The notes under the pieces are model-generated. The model was not told where the DNA came from. It saw only the letters and a program-made list of their open reading frames with translations, and made no database searches. From a virus (lineage: Duplodnaviria; Caudoviricetes), in IMG/VR virus record IMGVR_UViG_3300033122_000343: DNA of 64,000 nucleotides; one strand, given 5' to 3'. Of the stretch, positions 43,495-53,303 are shown piece by piece. The translations under genes and the position numbers were made by a program. Position 1 is the first letter of the stretch. Each line of letters begins with the position of its first letter.

Positions 43495-43898
43495 TATAGT
43501 CTTGTCGTTTCTAAGATGAAGTTAACGATTTGAGGAAGACCTGATAGACCAATGATGTCATATGAAATTTCAACTTCTAAACTGTTCTCATCAGGAGTTG
43601 GTTGCACTTTTACATTTTTTAAATTTACTCTTGGTTCAAAATTTGTTATTACAGTTTCAATTTCGGTTTGAATAGGGTCAGTAAAATCTTTTGATGCAAG
43701 TTCAAATAAAGAACCAGTTATTCTTGTTCCTAATAAATTATCAAAAAATACTTCTCCTACTTGAATTCTCACCAAATTTTGCACTGAACGTTTGATAGCA
43801 TCCTCATTTTTTAGAGGAATAATATCATTTGTTATAGGATGACGCTTAAAAGATAGAGAAATATCCTTAAAACCTCTTGATATTGATGTGAGTGGCAC
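43494..43898 (-). CDS. g25: Baseplate wedge protein gp25
   Basis: FKDISLSFKRHP, AIKRSVQNL, FEPRV; GTG start with TAAATA upstream. Confidence 0.92.
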   Translation of the reverse strand: MPLTSISRGFKDISLSFKRHPITNDIIPLKNEDAIKRSVQNLVRIQVGEVFFDNLLGTRITGSLFELASKDFTDPIQTEIETVITNFEPRVNLKNVKVQPTPDENSLEVEISYDIIGLSGLPQIVNFILETTRL

Positions 43899-43923
43899 CT
43901 TGGTCGATCTTATTTATTGATAT

Positions 43924-44574
43924 TTATGACCTTTCCTTCGATGTTTTCCAAAAATAATTTTCTTCATTACCTAAACCATCACGATCATGACCATTTTCTA
44001 CCTGATAATATACCGTTGATACTTTGAAATCAGGGTCTTTTGGATGTTCTGGTGTAAGACTATTATCATATATTCTCATTCTATTATTAGGGTATAGACA
44101 GAACTGTCCATTATCCAACTCTATAAGGTTAGAAGATTTATGTTCAGTAGGATTTTCACTTGTTGAGTAATCTATTGCATCAACGTCTTGATGATAATTA
44201 TCTAATGTACAAATATATGTTCCTTGTTGTAGACCATAATCTCTTGTCATCACTTCAAAGTGCATAGAACCTATAAATTGTTTCTGAACAGCGACCACAC
44301 CATAATCCATACAATTCCAAAATTGTAAGTTATGTAGTTCCATATCAGGATCTGGTTTTTCTGGTGACGATAAAAAAGCACTGATTGGTAGTTTGTCATA
44401 CATCGCTGCATAATCTGGTAGATATGTTTCAAAATAAAATGCACGACCAGGTATTGATTTTGCTGCCACCCAAATTCCTTTTACATATTCTCCGTGTCCG
44501 CTTTTGTGATCTGTTAAGTATTCTTTTCTAACCCATACTTCATAAGCGGGTAAGTTACAAATTAGTGCTGCCAT
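43924..44574 (-). CDS. Conserved cyanophage hypothetical protein
   Basis: NLPAYEVWVRKEYL..SIPGRAFYFE..DKLPISAF..EHKS..NGQF..YPNNR. Confidence 0.8.
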   Translation of the reverse strand: MAALICNLPAYEVWVRKEYLTDHKSGHGEYVKGIWVAAKSIPGRAFYFETYLPDYAAMYDKLPISAFLSSPEKPDPDMELHNLQFWNCMDYGVVAVQKQFIGSMHFEVMTRDYGLQQGTYICTLDNYHQDVDAIDYSTSENPTEHKSSNLIELDNGQFCLYPNNRMRIYDNSLTPEHPKDPDFKVSTVYYQVENGHDRDGLGNEENYFWKTSKERS

Positions 44575-44738
44575 TAATCTTCGTCCATTCCTACATATTC
44601 AACCATTACATCATCTGGATGTGGAAAACCTTTTGTGTAAAAATCATCCGCTAGATCTTGCGTAATTTCCATCATTTCTTCCTCTGGAACCTTTTCATGA
44701 ACCAATTCTCCACTGACAAATATGTTGTATTTTTCCAT
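44574..44738 (-). CDS. Small acidic hypothetical protein (MEKYNIF...)
   Basis: Coupled TAATG to the next gene; start re-assigned to ATG 44738. Confidence 0.7.
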   Translation of the reverse strand: MEKYNIFVSGELVHEKVPEEEMMEITQDLADDFYTKGFPHPDDVMVEYVGMDED

Positions 44739-44790
44739 TAAAAATAGTATAATTATCACATGCTATATAGAGCAGTTGAGTTCTTAATTG

Positions 44791-45552
44791 ATGGCAAAAG
44801 GTTTCAAGGTGGTAACAAAACCGCCAACTTCTTCAAAGAAGAGTGAGAGTGAATTCAGTATCGAAAAGGCAAGAGAACTAATTAAAGGAAAAGCAATTGT
44901 TTTCTGTTTGCCTGGTCGTGGTGTATCTTACACATTCTTGAAAAACTTCGTACAACTTTGCTTTGAGTGTGTACAACAAGGAGCGAGTATTCAAATCTCA
45001 CAAGATTACTCCTCGATGGTAAATTTCGCACGTTGCAAATGTTTAGGTGCGAATGTATTGCGTGGACCTGATCAAATACCTTGGGATGGCAAATTAAAGT
45101 ATGATTATCAATTATGGATCGATAGTGACATCGTATTTGGATTAGAACAGTTCTACAAACTATTCTGGATGCAAAAGGACATTGCTGCTGGTTGGTACGC
45201 TACAGAGGACGGTAGAACCACTTCTGTGGCACACTGGTTAGAAGAGGATGACTTCAAAACAAATGGTGGTGTTATGAATCACGAAATGGTTGATGGTATA
45301 CAAAAACGCAGAAAACCGTTTACCGTTGACTATACAGGTTTTGGATGGGTTCTTATTAAAAATGGTGTTTTTGAACATAAAGAAATGAAGTATCCATGGT
45401 TTGCTCCGCAAATGCAGGTATTTGATTCTGGAGAAGTTCAAGATATGTGCGGTGAAGATGTCTCATTCTGTCTTGACGCTATAAAAGCGGGATTTGAAAT
45501 TTGGTGTGATCCTACATGCCGTGTAGGTCATGAAAAAACGAGAATTATTTAA
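44791..45552 (+). CDS. Conserved cyanophage GT-A-like glycosyltransferase
   Basis: NFARCKCL, LWIDSDI (DxD), GFGWVLIK, GEDVSFC, VGHEK. Confidence 0.8.
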   Translation: MAKGFKVVTKPPTSSKKSESEFSIEKARELIKGKAIVFCLPGRGVSYTFLKNFVQLCFECVQQGASIQISQDYSSMVNFARCKCLGANVLRGPDQIPWDGKLKYDYQLWIDSDIVFGLEQFYKLFWMQKDIAAGWYATEDGRTTSVAHWLEEDDFKTNGGVMNHEMVDGIQKRRKPFTVDYTGFGWVLIKNGVFEHKEMKYPWFAPQMQVFDSGEVQDMCGEDVSFCLDAIKAGFEIWCDPTCRVGHEKTRII

Positions 45553-46947
45553 TTATAAAACAGTAACTCTGTGAAACTTTGCAAAATGTTCCGCTTGCTC
45601 CCATGTATGAACCATAGGTTCACCCCAAATGTTGAGTGAGGTGTTTAATAACACTGGACATCCAGTTTTTTCATACCAACGCTCCAATATAGGTCTTAAT
45701 ACACTCGGTGAATCTTTTGGCACTGTTTGTACCCTCGCAGAATTGTCTACATGCAATGCTGCGGGGATTTCTTTTGGTTTTTTACAATTATAGACATATG
45801 ACATGTATCTAGACTCTTTTGGCATGTCAAAATAATCTTGTGCATGTTCCTCAAGGATGGCAGGAGCAAAAGGTCTAAATTTATGACGTTTTTTGATTTT
45901 ATTCATATGTCTTTTCATCTTCATCGTTCTAGGATCGCCTAGAAGACTCCTATTTCCTAATGCCCTTGGTCCAAACTCTGCTTTTCCGTTTGCAATGCCA
46001 CAGCGTCCGTCAGATAGGAGTATGTCAACGACATCACTAGGGAAACATGGTCTATCGATGTTAAATCCTGTATATGGAGTAAATTTTATTTTTTCTCTAG
46101 TAATTAATGCTGCTGCACCGAGAGATCCACCAGCATCGCCAGGATTTGGCATAATCCAAAGATTGCACATCTTTTGTAACTTGCTGTTTGCGACACAATT
46201 AAGTGCAACACCACCCCCATAGCAAATATTGTCTGAATATTGTTTTGCGTGTTTAAATATTTTTATCAAAGAGTCCTCTAAAAGAATTTGAGCACATTTT
46301 GCGACATTTTCGGGTGTTTTATCTTTTAAATATTTTTGAAAGCGTTGATTTACGCCTCTATGACAATTTGAGTAGAATATATCCTGTAAAATTTCTGTAG
46401 TATAGTTATCAGAGCGTCCAAATGCTGCTTGACCCATAAAAATATACTCTTCATCAAGTGGTTTCCATCCTGCCCACTTAGTAAGTGCGGTATACCAGAG
46501 TCCTATTGACTTGGGATAGCGATACGACCAAATTTTTTTGTATTTTGCTTTACCATTTATCATTTTTGCCTTCCAAATCGAAGATGTGTCCCATTCTCCG
46601 ATACTATCAACCACAACACACGCTGCTTCTTCAAAATTACTAGTTTGAAAAGCTGCAGCAGCGTGACAAAGATGATGTGGAAAGCATTTATCAGGTTTAA
46701 TTGGTAATTTTCTTGGTTTTAACGCTGTTTTAAACTGTCCTGCAAAAAATTGACGTGTTTTTTTCAATAAAGGTCTTTCATAAAACCCAACTTTCTCTTT
46801 TGGATCAATAATATAAGGTTTTAAGCAAAGTTTCTTGTCGTGTTTCTTTCTACTCCATCTTTCTGCATGATCCGCATTCACTATTATGCCGTTTTCTATA
46901 ATACATAGTGCTGCATCATGAAATCCCTCACTATATCCAATAGTCAT
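45553..46947 (-). CDS. O-carbamoyltransferase (NodU/CmcH/TobZ family)
   Basis: HDAA, HHLCHAA, DSIGE, GGVALNC, GDAGG, EFGPRALGNRS, FRPFAP, HVDNSARVQ, LLNTSLN. Confidence 0.95.
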   Translation of the reverse strand: MTIGYSEGFHDAALCIIENGIIVNADHAERWSRKKHDKKLCLKPYIIDPKEKVGFYERPLLKKTRQFFAGQFKTALKPRKLPIKPDKCFPHHLCHAAAAFQTSNFEEAACVVVDSIGEWDTSSIWKAKMINGKAKYKKIWSYRYPKSIGLWYTALTKWAGWKPLDEEYIFMGQAAFGRSDNYTTEILQDIFYSNCHRGVNQRFQKYLKDKTPENVAKCAQILLEDSLIKIFKHAKQYSDNICYGGGVALNCVANSKLQKMCNLWIMPNPGDAGGSLGAAALITREKIKFTPYTGFNIDRPCFPSDVVDILLSDGRCGIANGKAEFGPRALGNRSLLGDPRTMKMKRHMNKIKKRHKFRPFAPAILEEHAQDYFDMPKESRYMSYVYNCKKPKEIPAALHVDNSARVQTVPKDSPSVLRPILERWYEKTGCPVLLNTSLNIWGEPMVHTWEQAEHFAKFHRVTVL

Positions 46948-46953
46948 AATAAA

Positions 46954-47595
46954 TCAAAAGTAATATTTACCATCCAAATCAATGAGGTGATCCCATTCTT
47001 CTTTGTTTGGTAGTACTTTATTTAGGTCTACAAAAAAAGATTGCAAAACTATTCTTGGATGGTTGCCAGATTTGTAATAATGCCATGCTTTATCCATATT
47101 ATTAAAGGCAAACAATCTATTAGGTTTCCATTCTACTTCAACTTCTCTTTTATTTGATTCAAAAGTGGCATTCAGTCTATGATAATCATCATACTCAGAG
47201 TCATTTTCACATAATATTGTCCCATATGTTTCATCTGGACTTATGTACAACACATTGGTAAAAAATCTGGCATCATAGTCACAATGCATAGGCATAACAT
47301 AGTTTGGTGGACATACTGCCCAATGCATAATTTTTTTAACAGGAGAAGGATACCCTGAGTAGAGATATTCAACATCTCTGAACTTGGGCATCATTTTATG
47401 AACTACGTTTGCTTCAGGTAATATATCTGTATCACACCATCTTATCCATTTACCTGATGGTGTTAATTTTGGATTTCTATGATACGCCATTAATTCATAA
47501 TGTGCCATCCTTTTGATTTCTTCCCAACGCTCTTTACTAAGGAAATCATCAATCACCATGTGTTGCCATGGATCAGTGTTAATCTTCTTCTTCAT
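46954..47595 (-). CDS. 2OG-Fe(II) oxygenase-like protein
   Basis: DPWQHMVIDDFL; HxD (HCD); WKPNR; WH; distal Arg. Confidence 0.75.
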   Translation of the reverse strand: MKKKINTDPWQHMVIDDFLSKERWEEIKRMAHYELMAYHRNPKLTPSGKWIRWCDTDILPEANVVHKMMPKFRDVEYLYSGYPSPVKKIMHWAVCPPNYVMPMHCDYDARFFTNVLYISPDETYGTILCENDSEYDDYHRLNATFESNKREVEVEWKPNRLFAFNNMDKAWHYYKSGNHPRIVLQSFFVDLNKVLPNKEEWDHLIDLDGKYYF

Positions 47596-47668
47596 AGATA
47601 AATGGATCTTGTTTGCGAAGTTTCCATAATTTATATTCTGTTTTAATCCAACGAATTAATCTTCTCAT
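47579..47668 (-). CDS. 29-aa peptide MRRLIRWIKTEYKLWKLRKQDPFIYEEED
   Basis: Hand translation; ATG overlaps the rSAM TGA (ATGA) and the end overlaps the oxygenase start. Confidence 0.75.
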   Translation of the reverse strand: MRRLIRWIKTEYKLWKLRKQDPFIYEEED

Positions 47669-48810
47669 GTTAGTAAGGGGAAAATTTGTTTCCAATTTGT
47701 GCCACGCAATCTATCTAGGTCATCAAGATAATTTAGTAATATTTGATGCATTTTTGGATCTCCTTCTCTCCACATATCACGATGAAGAGTGACACTAACT
47801 TCTTTTACATCGTTATTAATGATTTTTTTGATATGTTGAGGTAAATGTCTTGGTTGTAAAAACTCAGGTGTTAAAACTCTATTATACACATCATCTGGTT
47901 TTAGTCCATGTCTTTCTAACCAATCAAATGTTTCTTTAATTGATAGTAAAGCGAGTGAGGTAGGAGTAAATGTGGCGGATACATTATCAAAATCAAAAAC
48001 ATTTTTTACAGTACTATGCCAATCAGTTGGGTAACGCAAATAATTATTTACTTCTGCAACCCCATCCATGCTCCATTGAAAACTAACAAATTTGAAGTTA
48101 TCAATATATTTTTGCATCTTATCTCGTTTCATACAAGTAAAGTTTGAAACATATGCTAAATTTATTTTTTTACTACATCCGTTAGAAATTAACCTATCAA
48201 GTAATTCAAAGTGTCCTTTCATCAATGCAGGTTCACCACCACAAAAAGTAATACTGTTGATTTGATCGCTGTGTTTTTCTATATCTGCCAATATCTCATA
48301 AAATCTAAATGGATTTACTTTTTTAAAATCTGTTTCAAGTATATTGTCATCCAATTCGAGAAGATCATAATAATCTGAATTTACCTCTAATAATTGTTTG
48401 ACTCTTTTGTTTCTTGTACTTGAGTCTTCTGGTCTACATCCAACACATTCTAAATTACAATTCATACTATAAATGTTTAATTCCAAATTTATTCCAGTTT
48501 CATATTTTCTCATCAATCTGGGTGAGGTTCCTGTTTCTTCTTCTCTTTTTATACATTTACTACAAACTTGTTCTAATAATTCTGTTCTCTCTCCACTTAA
48601 CATATCTCGTCTTACCTCAGACAAGAAGTCTCCATAAAAATATTCAAAAGGTAATTGCTTTGATGGTTCGTAAATTGTTCTCTTTCCGTTTGGTTTATGT
48701 ACATTCATCCAACAACATGGTTTGTAACCAGTCTTGGGATTATTTCTAATAAAAGTAAATGGATATGGACAGTAAAAACCTGATTTATTTTCGCTCTTTA
48801 AGAAAGACAA
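47665..48810 (-). CDS. Radical SAM protein with N-terminal twitch-like cluster (copy 2)
   Basis: CPYPF..PCC..CSKC; CNLECVGC; GGEP; WSMDG; LRYPTDW. Confidence 0.88.
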   Translation of the reverse strand: MSFLKSENKSGFYCPYPFTFIRNNPKTGYKPCCWMNVHKPNGKRTIYEPSKQLPFEYFYGDFLSEVRRDMLSGERTELLEQVCSKCIKREEETGTSPRLMRKYETGINLELNIYSMNCNLECVGCRPEDSSTRNKRVKQLLEVNSDYYDLLELDDNILETDFKKVNPFRFYEILADIEKHSDQINSITFCGGEPALMKGHFELLDRLISNGCSKKINLAYVSNFTCMKRDKMQKYIDNFKFVSFQWSMDGVAEVNNYLRYPTDWHSTVKNVFDFDNVSATFTPTSLALLSIKETFDWLERHGLKPDDVYNRVLTPEFLQPRHLPQHIKKIINNDVKEVSVTLHRDMWREGDPKMHQILLNYLDDLDRLRGTNWKQIFPLLT

Positions 48811-48819
48811 GAGATTCTC

Positions 48820-49557
48820 TTAAACCTCTACAAGGTTATATATGTCAATCAAATATTCAGCAATTCTTTGATGACCTATTGCTGATGGGTGCCCACCTCT
48901 TAATTGACCAACACCTAAGTCAGGAGCATAATTTTCAGGTTTTATCAAATGACTATCAAGAACGCTATTTTCCCACATCAAATCAGGAATATCTTTATTC
49001 TCACATAATGTTTTCCAATTACAATCTATTATTTTTTGATCATAATGATGAGACTTCATGTCAACAAAAATATAACGTATGTTTTTTGATTTAAAAAAAA
49101 GTTCTAAGAGATGTTGATTCTTCCATCTATTTTGTATACCCATCATATCACTGTATATCGATCTATAATAAATTGAAGCTGTAAGAAGTTCTTCTCGTCT
49201 AGTATTACTGAACCTTTGTGATTTACTGGCATGTCTCATAGTTTTATGAATACACATCCATCTTTCTTTATTTTTTTCATCATACCATAACCATCTTGAT
49301 GGTTCTGTAAATTGAATGACTGCAAGATCTGCATTGTTATTAGTAAACCAACTGATTGTTTTTTCTACGATCCAATCATTTGAAACACCCGATTGTGCAA
49401 GATTAACGACTTCTGCATTTAATTTATTACCCAAAATGGTGCTATATCTTTTCTCTTCCCTTATTTTAGATGCACTCTCTGAATGTACACTATCATGACC
49501 TAATCCTTCTAGTTCTGCACCCCAAGTAATACTACAACCATTAACAAAAATTTTCAT
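48820..49557 (-). CDS. SGNH/GDSL-like hydrolase or acyltransferase
   Basis: NGCSITWG (block I), NLAQSGVSN (block II), GHPSAIGH (block V). Confidence 0.8.
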   Translation of the reverse strand: MKIFVNGCSITWGAELEGLGHDSVHSESASKIREEKRYSTILGNKLNAEVVNLAQSGVSNDWIVEKTISWFTNNNADLAVIQFTEPSRWLWYDEKNKERWMCIHKTMRHASKSQRFSNTRREELLTASIYYRSIYSDMMGIQNRWKNQHLLELFFKSKNIRYIFVDMKSHHYDQKIIDCNWKTLCENKDIPDLMWENSVLDSHLIKPENYAPDLGVGQLRGGHPSAIGHQRIAEYLIDIYNLVEV

Positions 49558-49561
49558 TGAT

Positions 49562-50260
49562 CTAAATTTGGTCTATCAATTTAATCAATTCATCGGCGAT
49601 CATACGATGTCCTTCTTTATTTGGATGTGCTTTTGGAGCTCTAGGTAAATTTTGTACATCCAATTGTAAATCAAAATCCAATCTTGTCCACTTGTTTATT
49701 GACATTATTATAAGAGGTATCTTATTCACTTTGCAATGATTCTTGATTGTATGATAATGTATTTCTTCTTTTGTATCATAAAATTCTTCACTCGTTACGA
49801 CTCTGTAGTAATCATGCCAGAATTCTGCTTCTCTGGTAAACTTCTCACTTAATTTTTTTGTTTTTGTGCCACATAAGGGACAATTATAATGAAAGTTGCT
49901 TTTGCTGTTTGCGTCAACCTGCCCTACAATCCCTCTCTTCCATGGTCGTTCATAATGAGCTTTACTAAAATTATAAGATGGATTAACCCTTATCCATTTC
50001 TTTTCGTAATCAAAATAGAACTCCGTTCTTGCAGGGTATGACATTTGTATGATTGCCAAGTCATACATTGATTTAATATTATTTTCTACTATCAAATTCC
50101 TTACTATTCTATCATTTGAACCACCAGACTTACCGAAATTTGTTTCACGGCAATCATAATGATCAGACAATAATTTAGAAAATCTTTCTAATTCAGGTAA
50201 TTCAAGTTCAGATCCTCTTGTCCAAGAGCATCCATCAAAATAAATGCTTTTAGGTTTCAC
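49562..50260 (-). CDS. SGNH/GDSL-like hydrolase (second copy)
   Basis: DGCSWTRG, NFGKSGGSN, AHPNKEGH. Confidence 0.8.
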   Translation of the reverse strand: MKPKSIYFDGCSWTRGSELELPELERFSKLLSDHYDCRETNFGKSGGSNDRIVRNLIVENNIKSMYDLAIIQMSYPARTEFYFDYEKKWIRVNPSYNFSKAHYERPWKRGIVGQVDANSKSNFHYNCPLCGTKTKKLSEKFTREAEFWHDYYRVVTSEEFYDTKEEIHYHTIKNHCKVNKIPLIIMSINKWTRLDFDLQLDVQNLPRAPKAHPNKEGHRMIADELIKLIDQI

Positions 50261-50262
50261 TG

Positions 50263-50475
50263 TTAAAAAATATCATCATTATTAAAGGTATCACTATGTC
50301 TCCATATATTATCTTTCAAATCAGGTATATGAACAATTTTTATGTCTTCTTTACTATAGACAGATTTAATACCTGCATCTATCAGTTGTTCAAATTCTTT
50401 TTTCTTTTGTTCTGCTTCTAATTTCGTGAGATTCTCAAAAGCAATCTTTTTATCTAAGTAGACTTGGTAACTCAT
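50263..50475 (-). CDS. Hypothetical protein
   Basis: Coupled ORF in the operon. Confidence 0.65.
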   Translation of the reverse strand: MSYQVYLDKKIAFENLTKLEAEQKKKEFEQLIDAGIKSVYSKEDIKIVHIPDLKDNIWRHSDTFNNDDIF

Positions 50476-50861
50476 TGGATCATTGTGCGTGTGGGTTTTC
50501 CATCCCTACCTCTTATATATCTCTTTTTTTTACCCTCATTTTTTATTCTGCACCATTCTGTAATATCACGGTGTCTTTGTTTTGAATAGAAGGGTTGTTG
50601 AATATACCAAGTTTCAAAATTGTCATGATTTTTTGAATGATTGCATCTTTCACAAGAGCATATCACGTTTGTCAACTCATTAGTACCACCAAGGCATTGT
50701 GGGATAACATGATCTATAGTCATATCACTATGTTCAGTTCCACAGTAGGCACATCTGTGTCTCCATTTGTCTTTAATTGCCTGTCTCCACATTCTCGTCG
50801 CTTCTGCTTTGTTTTTAGTTTTTAATTGATATAGATACTCATGTGGAGAAGATAGGAGCAT
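50472..50861 (-). CDS. HNH endonuclease
   Basis: CAYCG..TIDHVIP..GG..N...CERCN. Confidence 0.9.
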   Translation of the reverse strand: MLLSSPHEYLYQLKTKNKAEATRMWRQAIKDKWRHRCAYCGTEHSDMTIDHVIPQCLGGTNELTNVICSCERCNHSKNHDNFETWYIQQPFYSKQRHRDITEWCRIKNEGKKKRYIRGRDGKPTRTMIQ

Positions 50862-50891
50862 AAATTATTATATGACTATGACTATTTACAA

Positions 50892-51773
50892 ATGAGAAAA
50901 CCTTTATTAATTCTTTGCTTTGGTTTTCCTAAAACTGGAACAAGTAAATTTTATTATGAGTTAATAGATAATAAGATTTTACATTGTGGACATGATAAAG
51001 AATCAAGATATTTACAATTAATTCATGAACAGGGATATCCTAACCCTGACGTTGAAAAAAATTTTTTTAAATATTGTAAAAAAGGTAATATGGAAGAAGC
51101 AGGAGATGTTGCACCATTTTTTGATATAGAACAAGAATACTTTCAAAAACCTTTTACATATAAAAAATATAGGGATTATTACTTAAAATTATGGAAATTT
51201 ATTGAACCATTAGGTTATAGAGCTGTTGCAGATTTTTCTACAGGTAATTATGCTTTACCAGATCATATATTTACTGGTCTCTATCATGAATTGAAAGATT
51301 ATTTTCATGTAAAGGTTTTATTTTCACTTAGAGATCCTGTGAACAGGGCATGGAGTCATTCACACATGCTGGCAAAAAATAGTATGGAGATGGAATCTAA
51401 ATTTCCTCATGATCATTACATGGATATATGTAACAGCAAGTACTTTCAAAAACTATACATTCGTACATTAGGAAGATTTATTAATATATTTGAAGTTAAA
51501 AATGTACACTCAATTAATATAGAGAAATTTTGGTCAAATGAATTGTACAGAAATCAAAGAATAAGTAATATTTTTACAAGACATTATTTCACAAATAAAT
51601 ATGGCGAACTGGTAGGGCGAGTAGATCGCCCTAAATTTAAAATCAGTATAACGAGAGATTCCCCCTTTAAAGGTAAAAAAATGAAATTGAGAGACAAGAT
51701 GAGAGAATTTGGCGAAAGACAATTTAAATATGACATTGCCTTTTGGAAGAAAGCAGGTAAATTAAAAGCATGA
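50892..51773 (+). CDS. Sulfotransferase-family (P-loop, PAPS-binding) protein
   Basis: GFPKTGTS (5'PSB), LRDPVNRAWS (3'PB). Confidence 0.8.
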   Translation: MRKPLLILCFGFPKTGTSKFYYELIDNKILHCGHDKESRYLQLIHEQGYPNPDVEKNFFKYCKKGNMEEAGDVAPFFDIEQEYFQKPFTYKKYRDYYLKLWKFIEPLGYRAVADFSTGNYALPDHIFTGLYHELKDYFHVKVLFSLRDPVNRAWSHSHMLAKNSMEMESKFPHDHYMDICNSKYFQKLYIRTLGRFINIFEVKNVHSINIEKFWSNELYRNQRISNIFTRHYFTNKYGELVGRVDRPKFKISITRDSPFKGKKMKLRDKMREFGERQFKYDIAFWKKAGKLKA

Positions 51774-52006
51774 ACGATTTTACCGTATTCATTTATTTTG
51801 TAATGTTTGCCATCTTGGTAGGGACTACAATATCTTATATGAACAATATAATGAGAAGTACGTTAGACTCATTTAACAGAACTCAAAGAAGACCTGTACA
51901 TCCTGAGATGAGAGATGTAAAATCAGGAGAGGAACTTCTAGTCTTCAAACCTTCAGAAGAAGAGGATGACGATGATGAAGGTAACGTTTTAATAACAAGA
52001 AAATGA
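51770..52006 (+). CDS. DUF2973-like small membrane protein
   Basis: N-terminal TM helix, HPEM..GEELLVF. Confidence 0.7.
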   Translation: MNDFTVFIYFVMFAILVGTTISYMNNIMRSTLDSFNRTQRRPVHPEMRDVKSGEELLVFKPSEEEDDDDEGNVLITRK

Positions 52007-52812
52007 TTGGAATTATTGGAAATGGTTTTGTTGGTAATGCAGTTTACCAATCAGTGCGTGACAAAGTGAAAACTTATGTATATGATGTGGATACCAACAG
52101 ATCATTAAATAAATATGAAGAGACAGTCAAACAGAAATTAGTTTTTGTATGTCTGCCTACACCCATGAGAATGGATGGTTCATGTGATTTAAGTTTGTTG
52201 GATGAATTCTTTGCAAATGCCCCTGAGTACGATTTCGATGAAGACACTAACCCAACCTACATTATTAAGTCTACTGTTCCTATTGGGACTACTAGGTCTT
52301 ATAGTGATCGATATTGCAAGACAATTGTACATAATCCCGAATTTCTAACTGCCAGAAATGCCGTCAATGACTTCAAGGAACAGAGAAGAATCATAATCGG
52401 ATCTAAGGATTACGAAGGCAACGAACTGGCACAGTTTTACAGAAACCATTGGTATGATGTTGACATCATCAGTATGTCATCCGATGAGAGCGAAGCGGTA
52501 AAATATTTCTCCAATACCTTTCTTGCCTATAAGGTGGCATATTTCAATAAGATTTATGACGTTTGCCAAAAGGCAAAATTAGATTATGACAAAGTAAGAA
52601 GAGGAGTTGTATCGGACGAGAGAATCGGTGAGAGTCACTCGGAAGTACCAGGTATCGACAACGACAGAGGATTCGGGGGCACATGTTTTCCGAAGGATAT
52701 AAATGCTCTTATTGTTCAGATGGAGAGTTTCGGGGTGGATGCCAGTATGCTGAGAGAGGTTTGGAAGTACAATCAGGAAATAAGAACACTAATAGACTGG
52801 CATACAACCTAA
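52003..52812 (+). CDS. UDP-glucose/GDP-mannose dehydrogenase family, lacking the C-terminal domain
   Basis: GNGFVG Rossmann, CLPTP, KSTVPIG, NPEFL, GFGGTCFPKD. Confidence 0.9.
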   Translation: MIGIIGNGFVGNAVYQSVRDKVKTYVYDVDTNRSLNKYEETVKQKLVFVCLPTPMRMDGSCDLSLLDEFFANAPEYDFDEDTNPTYIIKSTVPIGTTRSYSDRYCKTIVHNPEFLTARNAVNDFKEQRRIIIGSKDYEGNELAQFYRNHWYDVDIISMSSDESEAVKYFSNTFLAYKVAYFNKIYDVCQKAKLDYDKVRRGVVSDERIGESHSEVPGIDNDRGFGGTCFPKDINALIVQMESFGVDASMLREVWKYNQEIRTLIDWHTT

Positions 52813-53303
52813 TGAATAATTTTGAAGAAGAGTGGTTCGATCACGAAGATAAATTAAAAAAAGTAATGCAACCACATGCAAGATTCTCTCTCTCTTCTGA
52901 TGAAATAGATGAACTCAAAAAAACTTATGAGACACCAGAAAAACTAAAAGATGCAATGCAACCAAATGCAAGGTTTGGTTTCACTCCTGAAGAAGTTGAA
53001 CAATTAAATGAAATCACAGATATTACACGATATGCAGAACACACCTCAAGATTATTGTACCTTGTAGAATACTGTAAACCTCACAGGTTAAAATATAAAT
53101 TACCTTCTAATGTAATCAAGAAACTGAGGCATGCTCTTCCTGAATCAAAATTAAAAGATAAATTTGAAACATTCAATATAGTACCAAACAAGAGATATGA
53201 TTTCACATTGGATACTATCAAGATGACATATGAATTACTTTCTGAAGGAGATTTACGAAAAAAGTTTGAAAAATTTCTTAAGAATAAATCAAGGTCATGT
53301 TAG
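52812..53303 (+). CDS. Hypothetical protein with internal duplications
   Basis: Start re-assigned to ATG 52812 (TAATG coupling); MQPHARF/MQPNARF repeat. Confidence 0.7.
   Translation: MNNFEEEWFDHEDKLKKVMQPHARFSLSSDEIDELKKTYETPEKLKDAMQPNARFGFTPEEVEQLNEITDITRYAEHTSRLLYLVEYCKPHRLKYKLPSNVIKKLRHALPESKLKDKFETFNIVPNKRYDFTLDTIKMTYELLSEGDLRKKFEKFLKNKSRSC

Noticed and set aside
45553-51773. Saxitoxin biosynthesis cluster
   Set aside because: Only generic family parallels (carbamoyltransferase, SGNH, sulfotransferase); the core sxtA/sxtG genes are absent.
52683-52811. N-terminal extension of ORF 52683-53303
   Set aside because: Overlaps the dehydrogenase by 130 nt; the coupled ATG at 52812 is more plausible.
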